Shown here piece by piece: positions 46,718 to 54,728 of a DNA stretch of 54,728 nucleotides. Source of the stretch: a virus (Duplodnaviria; Caudoviricetes); the IMG/VR virus record IMGVR_UViG_3300044822_000131, positions 1 through 54,728 of that record; one strand, 5' to 3'. The notes below the pieces were generated by a model that was not told the origin of the DNA, made no database searches, and was given only the letters and a program-made list of their open reading frames with translations. A program made the position numbers and the translations under genes. Numbering within the stretch: the first letter of the stretch is position 1; each line of letters begins with the position of its first letter.

Positions 46718-48973
46718 GTGGGATTCACGCCGCCTGCCCTAACGTCGAAGGTGCCGCAACCGCCGCCGGCGGCACCGAGCGGCGACTTCGAGCCGCCCCC
46801 ACCCACCGCCAAGGTCGATGGGGGCGACTTCGTGCCGCCCCCGCTCACCCCGCCGCCACCGCAGGGCACGTTCGCCGCCGCCAAGGCGAAGCTCGCAAAA
46901 ATCTCGGCGGCGACGAAGCCTGCCGAGGAGGCGCTGCGGCGCAACTGGTCCTACGCGGTCGGGCACCCGATGGAAGACGTCTTCGACGTTCTGGGCGGCT
47001 TCCAACGTACCGCGGGCGGCATCGCGGCGGCGGTCGAGCACCACGACACCCTCAAAGAAGCGCTCGACCGGGTAGCGCACGACGTCTTCCACCCCGGCGA
47101 CCTCTCGGAGCGGGAGCGGCAAGAGCCGGTCGAGGGCCGCGGGAGCACGCCCGACGATGCGACGTTCCGGGACACCGAGAGCATCCGCGCCCTGTTCCAT
47201 GCTCCGACCCACGAGGCGATCGACCACTTCGTCGCGACGCACGTTCCCGAGCAGCTCCGTGGCGCGGCCGGCACGTTCCTCAAGGGCGGTGAGGACATCG
47301 CGCTGCAGACGATCTCGGATCCCACCACCTACGTCGGCGGGTTTGCCCTCAAAGGCGTCTTGGGAGCGGCCAAGATCGGCGTGAAGGGTCTGCAAGCCGT
47401 CCACACGATGACGCAGGCCGCACAGGCCGCGGGAGCGCTCAAATACATGCCGTGGCTGCCGACGCTCACCGGCATGTACGGCAACCTCGCCGGGGCCGCG
47501 GTTAAGGCGATGCGGAACCCGCTGTTCCGGCCGCGCGCCGAGCTCGACCAGGTGCTCAACGAGGACGGCCGGGCCGTCCGCATGCAAATCGAAAGCAAGT
47601 GGGACCTCATCTCATCGAAGCGGCACGCCTTCGACCGGACGGCGGTCGACAGCACGATCGACACGGTGACGCGCGGTCGCGCCTACGCTCAGGCGCTCGG
47701 CATATCCCCCAAGCGGGTGACGAACATCGTCCGCAAGCTCGTCAACGGCACGCCCGAGGAGCGGCTCGCGGATCTCAACAAGATGCGCCAACACCTCTAC
47801 GACCGCGACGTCGCCAAAGAGACCTCAACGCACCTCGCGCAGTACGGCGGCTACAAGCCGGGCACGCTGCCGATGACGGCAGACGAATGGCGGAAATGGG
47901 CCAAGGCGAACCCCGACAAGCCGATCAACATGGGTGCGTTCGAGCAGGTCGCGCGGGTGCCGAGGGCGCTGATGCAGGCGAAGCTCTTTCTCAACCCGCT
48001 CCCTCACGGCCTTAAAAACGTCGGCGAGCTTTCGTTTTTAGCCGGCGGGCCGCGGGTCGTCTTCGACGGCATCCGAGCGATGCTCCCCGGCGGCGTCGAT
48101 GCGGCGATGAAGGACCGCATGGCGCGGATCGGCCTTGAGCCCGCCTACACCCACCAAGTCTCGAACGTGCTGTGGTCGAAGGTGATCCCCGGCTACGAAG
48201 CGCTGGCTGGCGGGCTTCAAGATGCGATGGGCCGGATGGAGCAGTCCTGGCGCGCGTCGCTCTTGAAGCGCCTCGACCGCAAGCTCGGTAAGTCGAACAA
48301 CGACCACGACGAGTATCTCAAAGCGTACATGGTCAACAAGCAAGTCGGCGACTACAAGAACGTCAACGGGTTCGTCAAGTTCTTTCAGGCGATCGGCGGG
48401 CCGTGGGTCGCGTTCCGCTTGGGCATCGTGCCGCAGGCGCTCATCCGCGCGGTGGCCGAGCATCCCGACCGGGTCGAAGCGCTCGCGCGGCTGCAAGAGG
48501 ATCCGCAGCGCAACCGCTCGGCCTACGGCCAGCGCGAGAATACGCTCGAGGAGGGCGGGCCGATCGACGACGCAACGAAGCTCGCGGTGGACCCGGTTAA
48601 GTTCATGAAGTCACCGGCCTCGGCCGGTATCGCAGGCCAAGTCGACGAGTCGCACGACGCGCTCGGCTACCAACCGCTCGGGGAGGTCGCCGGCGAGTTT
48701 GCGGGCGCTTTCAACCCGCTCGGCGGCGTCGGCGACGTCGCGGAGGCGATCGCCGGCCGCGGCATGCCGGGACCGCTCAAAGGCGGCGAGCCGACCTACC
48801 AGAAGCAAACCCTGGCCGACCGGCTCGTCACCGCCACCCTCGCAACGCTTGCGATCTACTTCCACGCGAACCCGAGCAGCGCATCACAGACCTACGAGCG
48901 CCGCGAGCAGCAGAGCGTGTCCCGCAAGTCGCATGGCTTCGTCGAGGATTTTCTCCAGGGCGCTACGCGCTAG
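46718..48973 (+). CDS. Large DNA ejection / internal virion protein
   Basis: Last gene of the late arm; Pro-rich N-terminus, ISDPTTYVG, helical. Confidence 0.7.
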   Translation: MGFTPPALTSKVPQPPPAAPSGDFEPPPPTAKVDGGDFVPPPLTPPPPQGTFAAAKAKLAKISAATKPAEEALRRNWSYAVGHPMEDVFDVLGGFQRTAGGIAAAVEHHDTLKEALDRVAHDVFHPGDLSERERQEPVEGRGSTPDDATFRDTESIRALFHAPTHEAIDHFVATHVPEQLRGAAGTFLKGGEDIALQTISDPTTYVGGFALKGVLGAAKIGVKGLQAVHTMTQAAQAAGALKYMPWLPTLTGMYGNLAGAAVKAMRNPLFRPRAELDQVLNEDGRAVRMQIESKWDLISSKRHAFDRTAVDSTIDTVTRGRAYAQALGISPKRVTNIVRKLVNGTPEERLADLNKMRQHLYDRDVAKETSTHLAQYGGYKPGTLPMTADEWRKWAKANPDKPINMGAFEQVARVPRALMQAKLFLNPLPHGLKNVGELSFLAGGPRVVFDGIRAMLPGGVDAAMKDRMARIGLEPAYTHQVSNVLWSKVIPGYEALAGGLQDAMGRMEQSWRASLLKRLDRKLGKSNNDHDEYLKAYMVNKQVGDYKNVNGFVKFFQAIGGPWVAFRLGIVPQALIRAVAEHPDRVEALARLQEDPQRNRSAYGQRENTLEEGGPIDDATKLAVDPVKFMKSPASAGIAGQVDESHDALGYQPLGEVAGEFAGAFNPLGGVGDVAEAIAGRGMPGPLKGGEPTYQKQTLADRLVTATLATLAIYFHANPSSASQTYERREQQSVSRKSHGFVEDFLQGATR

Positions 48974-49140
48974 GGCGTATCACCGCGTATCCACGGGACG
49001 CGCGTCGCTAGTGCGTAGAGTCTACGAGCGTCCGCTATCGTGTACTCGACCGCGCTCGGGCCTGCGCCGTACCATCCCGCCGCCGCACGGATGCAGGCTG
49101 CTCGGATGCAGGCGTCGATGACTTCGGTGTCAGTTGGCAT
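48970..49140 (-). CDS. Small hypothetical protein (56 aa)
   Basis: GGAGGGAG RBS; MPTDTEVIDACIRAAC...; stop overlaps the convergent stop. Confidence 0.45.
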   Translation of the reverse strand: MPTDTEVIDACIRAACIRAAAGWYGAGPSAVEYTIADARRLYALATRVPWIRGDTP

Positions 49141-49346
49141 AGGCTCTCCCTCCGCTCTATCTCTCGGTTGACGTACCAGGCGGCTTTTTTGAGGTCCTCA
49201 ATGCCGCCCTTGGAGTCGGCCCGCCACAGGTACTTGACGGCGTTGCCGACGCAGAAGTTTAGGTGCTCGGTGATTTGGATGCACTCGACGCCCGAGGGGT
49301 GCTCGGTGTAGTGCTTCGGGTGGTTGATGGGATCGTTGTCGATGAC
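49035..49346 (-). CDS. DUF3310 family protein (start codon unclear)
   Basis: DPINHPKHY...GVECI...FCVGNAVKYLWRA..KGGIEDLKKAAWY. Confidence 0.85.
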   Translation of the reverse strand, partial: VIDNDPINHPKHYTEHPSGVECIQITEHLNFCVGNAVKYLWRADSKGGIEDLKKAAWYVNREIERRESLCQLTPKSSTPASEQPASVRRRDGTAQARARSSTR

Positions 49347-49666
49347 AGAGCCCTTTCTACGTCGTCGACGTTGTAGGCGACGACGATGATCGCACCGCAC
49401 AATCGCATCTCGGCGATTGTGCGGGCCTGAATAGGGGTGACGAACTCGCCCGGCATCTTGGCCTCGACGCCGAGCAGCGTACCGCAGGGCTCGAGTATGG
49501 CGAGGATGTCGGGGAGGCCGGCGCGCTGATAGGGTCCCGCACCTGCGCGCCAGCAGAAGATGCCGCGGGCGCGCAGGTAGCGGACTATCCGAGCTTTGAG
49601 GGCCGATTCGTTAGAGGAGCGCGGCCTTTTCCTCGTCCGAGAGGTCCTCGTCGGGGGTGTCGTCAT
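49259..49666 (-). CDS. VRR-NUC domain nuclease
   Basis: ESALKARIVRYL, GLPDILA, VEAK, TPIQ. Confidence 0.88.
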   Translation of the reverse strand: MTTPPTRTSRTRKRPRSSNESALKARIVRYLRARGIFCWRAGAGPYQRAGLPDILAILEPCGTLLGVEAKMPGEFVTPIQARTIAEMRLCGAIIVVAYNVDDVERALSSTTIPSTTRSTTPSTPRASSASKSPST

Positions 49667-50228
49667 TCGTCGCCGCCTTCGCAGGTTTCGCGGCTGCCGC
49701 CGGCTTCGCCGCCGCGCCGATCATGCGGTACTTGGTACGGATTTTCTTGTTGCCTTCCTCATCGAAGGCGTCGACGTACTGCCCCTCGGCGTTCTTTTCT
49801 TGCACGACCTCGCCGATGGTTTTGAACTTGATGCGGGGGGTGGTCGCGCGCTTGATTTTGGGCCCGACCATGCGCGCGACGGCGTTGATGTCCTTCTCGG
49901 TCGGGTTGCGCTCCCAATGGTAGTCCTTGGAGATGGGCTGTCCGATCGCGTTCATGTCGGCGATCAGCTCCATGACGCCCTGCGCGTAGAGCTTGCCGTT
50001 TTTTCCGGTGACGACTTTGAGGAAGTAGACCTTGGTGAACGGCGTCCCTTCGTACTCGCCTTCGAGCACCTCGAACCCGATCGACAGGTACGGCGTCTTG
50101 TTCGCGTTGTTGGAGGTCTTGCACTCGATGCTCTTGGCGACGCCCCAAAACTCTTTGCCGGGCGGGATGATGTCGCCGAAGGACGAGATTTGGTCTACGG
50201 TTACGGCTGATGTATCGTCTAAACTCAC
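49611..50228 (-). CDS. Single-stranded DNA-binding protein (DUF669-like)
   Basis: IIPPG...KTS...YLSIGFEVLEGEYEG; acidic tail; follows the Sak4-like gene. Confidence 0.7.
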   Translation of the reverse strand: MSLDDTSAVTVDQISSFGDIIPPGKEFWGVAKSIECKTSNNANKTPYLSIGFEVLEGEYEGTPFTKVYFLKVVTGKNGKLYAQGVMELIADMNAIGQPISKDYHWERNPTEKDINAVARMVGPKIKRATTPRIKFKTIGEVVQEKNAEGQYVDAFDEEGNKKIRTKYRMIGAAAKPAAAAKPAKAATNDDTPDEDLSDEEKAALL

Positions 50229-51016
50229 TTTGCTATTGCTTTCTTCGTAGTATTGTTTGTGGTGATAAGTTGGTCACTGGCTGTCGCCCCGAGCGACGTC
50301 TTACCGGCACCGGGGTGCCCGTAGATCGTGAGCACGGAGCTCTGTTTGCCGAGCACCTTCCAGAGCTTCGGCAGGGTCGGGTCCGGCAGCGCCTTCGGAA
50401 TCTTTTCCGAGAGCTCCCGCGAAACGTGGAACTTGGCAGTGGCCGATTCGGTGCGGCGCAGGTAGAGCACGCGGGTCTCGCGCGCGAAGATCGTGTTGCC
50501 TTTCTCATCGACCACGGGGTCGGTGAGCGACACCAAGCGGAAGACGTCCGAGGACGATGCGATCAGCGCCTCGACGAAGGCGGGGTTCCCTTGCGGTCCC
50601 GCCATCTTGAGGCCGGCCATCGCGTCGCGGACCTCGTCCTCGTGGGTGAGCACGATGACATGCGCGCCGCGCGCGCGGAAGTTGTTGATGCCGCGCATGA
50701 CGAGCGACGTCGCCATGTTGTAGACCGCCAAGTATTCTTTGTCGCCGAAGAACTTGTTGATCTTGCTGGGGTCCCACAGCGCGTCCTCGTTGCGGTTGCC
50801 GAGCATGCGGTCGATGCGGGTGGTGGTGAGCAACGCCGAGGCCGTGTCGAGCATGACGTTGTCGCCGGGCTCGAGCGTTCGCATGAGGTCCTGGCGGTGC
50901 CGATCGAAGTCGGCGAAGGTGGCGCACGGCAGGTTGATGATCCTGCCGTCGTCGATGTAGTCCTGGATAGAGTCGGTGCCGTTCATGTCGGCGTCGAGGC
51001 GATAGAACTTACTCAC
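50225..51016 (-). CDS. Sak4/AAA_24-like ATPase with the Walker A at the C-terminus
   Basis: RLDADMNG, VMLDTAS (Walker B), VIVLTHE, TAK, then IYGHPGAGKTS near the C-terminus. Confidence 0.85.
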   Translation of the reverse strand: MSKFYRLDADMNGTDSIQDYIDDGRIINLPCATFADFDRHRQDLMRTLEPGDNVMLDTASALLTTTRIDRMLGNRNEDALWDPSKINKFFGDKEYLAVYNMATSLVMRGINNFRARGAHVIVLTHEDEVRDAMAGLKMAGPQGNPAFVEALIASSSDVFRLVSLTDPVVDEKGNTIFARETRVLYLRRTESATAKFHVSRELSEKIPKALPDPTLPKLWKVLGKQSSVLTIYGHPGAGKTSLGATASDQLITTNNTTKKAIAK

Positions 51017-52020
51017 AGTTGAACCATCTTTCTGTCTTTCCAGAACGCCTCGACGGCGGCACGGCCGGGCACGCCGTAGACGGCTTGAACCGCGTCGATT
51101 ATTTTGAACCGGCGCTCCTCGATGAGCCAGTCGACGCGCGGATCGTCGAGCATCGTGCGGGGGTCGACCCGATCGGCCGGGTTGTAGGGGTCGGTGAGCC
51201 GGTCGAGCTCATCGTCCGAGAGCGTGCCGAACCAGTCGGCTTTGCAGATCGGTTTGAAGAAGCACCCGCCGCAGACGCCGTTGCCGTACTCGCGGTAGTT
51301 GGGCACGCGGTAGGTGCGCCGATGGCGGAGCGTTTCCTGAATGTCGAGCGCCACGTTGTAGAGCTCGCGGCGCGTGGTCTCACGCTCGAACTCCGACATC
51401 TCGAGCTCTTGCGGTTGGGGGTAGAGGTCCTCCTCATCCCAGGGCACCCAGGTGGCGACGGACTCGCCGCGGACCTTCTTGGTGAGGAACCGCCCGAGCT
51501 CTTGGCGAGCGTAGACCCAGCGGAACTTGGCCGGCATCTTGAAGTTGTCTTCGGCGATCGTGAGGTAGACGCGCGCTTGGAAGTCCATGTCGACGTCGGG
51601 CGTCGGCGCTTTCAGGAACGTCTTGTAGTCCTGGACGACGGCCTTTTTGTAGTCGGGGTCGTAGTCGTCTTGGTCGTCGTAGTAGACCAGGTCAAAGCTC
51701 CCGCGAACGTGGAAGCCCGGCGCGATCTCGGTGAAGTAGCCGCGCTCGATGGAGAGGATGCGGTTGGGTTCGGGGAGCGGGTGCGCGGCGAGGTAGGCCG
51801 CGGCCACCTCGTAGGCGGGCTCGCCGTCTGGTTGCGGAAGCTCGCCGTACTCGGCCGCGTGCGCCATGTAGGCGTGAAACTGAGAGCCGAAGTTGACGAT
51901 GCCGGGGACGTCGTCGCGTTTGGGTTGGTAGTGAAGCATCGTGTCGAACTCGAACATCTTTTTGCAGCGCATGAAGTTCTGCACCGCGGTCATCGACAGG
52001 ACGAGAGGCATCTCGCTCAT
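51013..52020 (-). CDS. PD-(D/E)XK RecB/Cas4-like exonuclease
   Basis: LSMTAVQNFMRC, FGSQFH, RGSFDLV, VQDYKT, QARVY, CGGCFFKPIC. Confidence 0.88.
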   Translation of the reverse strand: MSEMPLVLSMTAVQNFMRCKKMFEFDTMLHYQPKRDDVPGIVNFGSQFHAYMAHAAEYGELPQPDGEPAYEVAAAYLAAHPLPEPNRILSIERGYFTEIAPGFHVRGSFDLVYYDDQDDYDPDYKKAVVQDYKTFLKAPTPDVDMDFQARVYLTIAEDNFKMPAKFRWVYARQELGRFLTKKVRGESVATWVPWDEEDLYPQPQELEMSEFERETTRRELYNVALDIQETLRHRRTYRVPNYREYGNGVCGGCFFKPICKADWFGTLSDDELDRLTDPYNPADRVDPRTMLDDPRVDWLIEERRFKIIDAVQAVYGVPGRAAVEAFWKDRKMVQL

Positions 52021-52295
52021 TCGCCCCATCCCTCGGCGTAGATCAGCTCGCCGTCTTTGTTGAAGTGCAGGATGACGGTTGAGGCGTAGGAGCCAGGCTG
52101 TCCGTAGACGAGCTCGGCAGCGCATCCTTTAATGGAGGTCGCGAAGCGGCGGTCCCAAGGCTGCGACGACCGCTCCCCGGTCGCTTGACGATCCTCAAAT
52201 GTTATGAACTCGAGCTGACGGGAGCTATCTTTCTGCTCGCAGCGTTGTAAGGCGTGTTTGAATTGTTCGTATTCGGAGTTGATTGAGAATTGCAC
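52017..52295 (-). CDS. Hypothetical protein
   Basis: AAGGA RBS before GTG 52295; overlaps the polA tail. Confidence 0.55.
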   Translation of the reverse strand: MQFSINSEYEQFKHALQRCEQKDSSRQLEFITFEDRQATGERSSQPWDRRFATSIKGCAAELVYGQPGSYASTVILHFNKDGELIYAEGWGE

Positions 52296-54583
52296 AATAT
52301 TCCTTTCGCTTCTTGGTATGTTATCTCGACGTCGAGCGGCACGGTTGGGATGACGTTGAAGTGCTCCCGCAGTACTCGGAGCGGCTCGTCGATCATGCAC
52401 CGCCGAATCGTAGGCTCGGCCGCACGGGCCTCGTCCATCGAATCGAACTCGAACTTGATGTCATCGTGGACGAAGTCCACCATCGGCAGGTTTTCCCGGT
52501 TGCACGCACCGAGCGCGATCTCCGCGATGTCTGCACAAAAACCTTGCACCTGCATGTTACACGCTTCGCGCAGCGCTTCCCTCTTTTGATTCGCGTTTAG
52601 CAGGGCAAAATCGCCGAAGTTGCGTCGCCGTCCGGTGACGCTCTCGACGTAGCCGTGCTCGATGAGTTGACGACGCGTGCGAACGAACCAACGCTTCCAA
52701 TCCGGCATCGCACGGTGCCACGATCGGTGAACGTGTTCTCCCTCGGCGTCGGTGAGAAAGATTCCCATCTCGCGCGCGGCGTAGGACACCACCGTTGCGC
52801 CGACGCCGAGGAACTCTTGCGAGAAGTTGCCCGACTTCGCAACCTGCCGCTGCTGCTTCGTGACGTCGGCTTCGGTGATCCCCTCGTAGAGATGCGGTGC
52901 GAACCAGGTGTGCGGGTCCCAATTGGGATCGCGCGCGAAGTTTGCGATGACGGTGCGCTCGTTTGCCACGAAGGCTCCCATGCGAAACTCGATGGCCCGG
53001 TAGTCGGCGTGGACGAGCACCTTGCCGGGGGCCGGCGCTTTGATTTCCTTGAGCTCGCGGTCGAGGTTCTGCGTGCTCGGGTCGGTCGCCGAGGTGCGGC
53101 CGGTGAGCGTGCGCCACACGGTGTAGTGCGGGTGCGCCCGGCCGTCGCCCTCGTTCGTGATACGTTCGTAGGGCAGGATGTAGGTCGACATGCGCTTCTG
53201 TACCTCGCGGTACGCGAGCATCGCGCGCGCGAAGGGATGGTTGATGTAGACGAGCGCCTCCTTGTCGACGCAGTCCTTGCCCGTCTTGGTGAGCCCGAGG
53301 TCGAACCCGCAGTGCCGCAGCACCGCCGCAACGTGGTCGTTGCTGTTCGGATTGAACGCGATCGTCTTCACCTTCGTCTTGAGCTGCTTGTCGAAGACGC
53401 GCGAGTCGAACCCGGCCCGGTCGAGCTGCCAATAGACCTCGTTGAGCCGAAAGTCGAGCAGCTCCTCAGTCTTGGCTTTGTGCTTGGCGACGGCCACGGG
53501 GTCGATGTAGATGCCGCGCGCAGAGATAGCGTCGAGGGCGAGCCGCGCCGGCCGCATCATGTGGTCGACGATCTTGATGCGGTCGCCTAGCAGTTCGCGC
53601 GCCTTGTGGTAGAGCTTGATTGTCATCTCGGCATCGCGCGCGTTGTAGGCCGCGAGCTCGGGCGAGCCGAGCTTCGCGCCGTCGCGCTCCTCCTTCCAGC
53701 CCCGCACGCCGAGGTATTTGGTACAGAGCGGCTCGAGCCCAAGCGGCTGCGTTTCGTCCAAGAGGTAGCACAGCGCGGCGGTATCGTAGTCGGAACGCAG
53801 GCCCGTCATACGGTCGTCAAAGTCCCAGCCGAAGTGCGACACGATCGTGAGCGGCGGCATCGCTTGCAGCATCTCCTTCGCGAACCGCGACGACACGAAG
53901 GTGACGGTCCCGTTGGAGATGGCGGCTTGCGTCATACGGTCGGTGATAGCGCCGGTCTCGTCGTAGGTCTCGATGTCGTAGGCGACAACATCGCCCTCAA
54001 ACGGCTTTCCAGTCCAGGGCAGCCAGTTCGCCTTGACGGGCGGGATGCTGCGGTCGCGGATCTTGCGGAGGTCGCCGGTCACGACACCACGCGCGCTCGG
54101 GCCCTTAGAATACAGCACCCAAGCCGGGTGGTAGGTGGCCCACACGCCACAGTCGTGGTTGAAGGCGGCTTTGAGCTTCCACTCCTTGCCGCGTGCGTTC
54201 CCGATCGACACCGGGCCGATCAGCGTCTTGACCGCCACCTCGCCGAGCGCGATGATGACCTGCGGGCGCACGCGCCGAATCTCGGTCGCGAGGTGCGTCG
54301 CGCAGGCCGCGGCCTCGGCCGGCAACGGCGCGCGGTCCTTGGGCGTCGCGCACTTGACGGCGTTGGTGATGTAGACCTCATCCGGGTCGAAGCCTGCATC
54401 GCGGAGCATGACGTCGAGGAGCTTCCCCGACTTGCCGATGAACGGCAGCCCCTCGAGGTCCTCGGTGCGGCCGGGGTTCTGCCCGACGAGCATGACGGTG
54501 GCGCTCTGCGGCCCCTTGCCGCCGATGCCGACCGAGAGCGCGCTTCGGTGGAGCGGGCAGGCGGTGCAGTCCTGGAAGCTCAC
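52202..54583 (-). CDS. polA: UDG(family 4)-fused family A DNA polymerase (SPO1-like architecture)
   Basis: CTACPL, VGQNPGRTED, TNAVKC, YHPA; exonuclease YDIET, DFD, YNARD; polymerase TGRTS, ADYRAIE, AKSGNF, VHDD; start at the GTGA overlap 54583. Confidence 0.93.
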   Translation of the reverse strand: MSFQDCTACPLHRSALSVGIGGKGPQSATVMLVGQNPGRTEDLEGLPFIGKSGKLLDVMLRDAGFDPDEVYITNAVKCATPKDRAPLPAEAAACATHLATEIRRVRPQVIIALGEVAVKTLIGPVSIGNARGKEWKLKAAFNHDCGVWATYHPAWVLYSKGPSARGVVTGDLRKIRDRSIPPVKANWLPWTGKPFEGDVVAYDIETYDETGAITDRMTQAAISNGTVTFVSSRFAKEMLQAMPPLTIVSHFGWDFDDRMTGLRSDYDTAALCYLLDETQPLGLEPLCTKYLGVRGWKEERDGAKLGSPELAAYNARDAEMTIKLYHKARELLGDRIKIVDHMMRPARLALDAISARGIYIDPVAVAKHKAKTEELLDFRLNEVYWQLDRAGFDSRVFDKQLKTKVKTIAFNPNSNDHVAAVLRHCGFDLGLTKTGKDCVDKEALVYINHPFARAMLAYREVQKRMSTYILPYERITNEGDGRAHPHYTVWRTLTGRTSATDPSTQNLDRELKEIKAPAPGKVLVHADYRAIEFRMGAFVANERTVIANFARDPNWDPHTWFAPHLYEGITEADVTKQQRQVAKSGNFSQEFLGVGATVVSYAAREMGIFLTDAEGEHVHRSWHRAMPDWKRWFVRTRRQLIEHGYVESVTGRRRNFGDFALLNANQKREALREACNMQVQGFCADIAEIALGACNRENLPMVDFVHDDIKFEFDSMDEARAAEPTIRRCMIDEPLRVLREHFNVIPTVPLDVEITYQEAKGILCNSQSTPNTNNSNTPYNAASRKIAPVSSSS

Positions 54584-54728
54584 TTGCAACTCGCGCAGAG
54601 CTCGCCGCGCTTGCCGCTCGATCGGCGTCCCGGTGGCCGGGTTCCCCAAACAGCGTGCTTTCCTTTGGCCTCCACCTCTTCTTCGAGCGCGTGGATCCGG
54701 CGCGCTACGTCAGGGTAGAACGCCTCGA
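54571..54728. repeat. 158-bp direct repeat, copy 2, containing the 3' end of the PAPS-reductase-like gene
   Basis: Matches 2469-2626 with two mismatches. Confidence 0.95.

Larger units (their letters stand above)
2627..54728. mobile_element. Near-complete circular(ly permuted) tailed phage genome, podovirus-like morphogenesis module, about 52.1 kb unit
   Basis: Terminase, portal, capsid, nozzle, ejection, lysis and replication genes are all present; the window end duplicates 2469-2626 (offset 52102); no host genes or integrase recognised. Confidence 0.9.

Noticed and set aside
51013-52020. Cas4 as part of a CRISPR system
   Set aside because: No other cas genes or array; exonuclease-Sak4-SSB is a standard phage recombination module.
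49035-52400. Stop-codon reassignment suggested by long 3' overlaps of polA, VRR-NUC and DUF3310
   Set aside because: TAA, TAG and TGA all end well-supported genes and conserved genes are uninterrupted under code 11.
54584-54649. N-terminal extension of PolA in the ORF track (MGNPATG...)
   Set aside because: It lies inside the PAPS-reductase coding end; the GTGA overlap at 54583 is the better start.
54571-54728. True direct terminal repeat or attL/attR of a prophage
   Set aside because: It matches an internal site rather than base 1, the exact part is 127 bp (assembler k-mer length), no integrase was seen, and the flank at 1-2468 is phage-like, not host-like.

Overview
The window looks like an essentially complete, GC-rich tailed phage genome with a podovirus-type (P22/T7-like) virion module. 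Bases 54571-54728 repeat 2469-2626, so 2627-54728 closes into a circle of about 52.1 kb. Bases 1-2468 are an alternative branch carrying a second SNF2-type helicase and a second UDG-fused family A DNA polymerase. The minus-strand arm holds early and replication genes: DUF932, a lethal-factor-like Zn peptidase, HNH, primase-helicase with an adjacent inverted-repeat origin candidate, helicase, PAPS-reductase-like protein, UDG-PolA, PD-(D/E)XK nuclease, Sak4-like ATPase, SSB, VRR-NUC and DUF3310. The plus-strand arm holds three GroES-like genes, lysozyme and holin, large terminase, five signal-peptide-bearing proteins (two glycoside-hydrolase-like), portal, scaffold, capsid, adaptor/nozzle and ejection proteins with an embedded PurD-like ATP-grasp ligase. 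The most unusual signals are a tandem array of TAGCTA-based hairpins where the arms diverge, two alternative helicase-polymerase modules behind one junction, the secreted glycan-active cluster between terminase and portal, and a circularly permuted Sak4 ATPase. I saw no integrase, tRNA or CRISPR array. All family calls come from reading motifs by eye; no database search was run.
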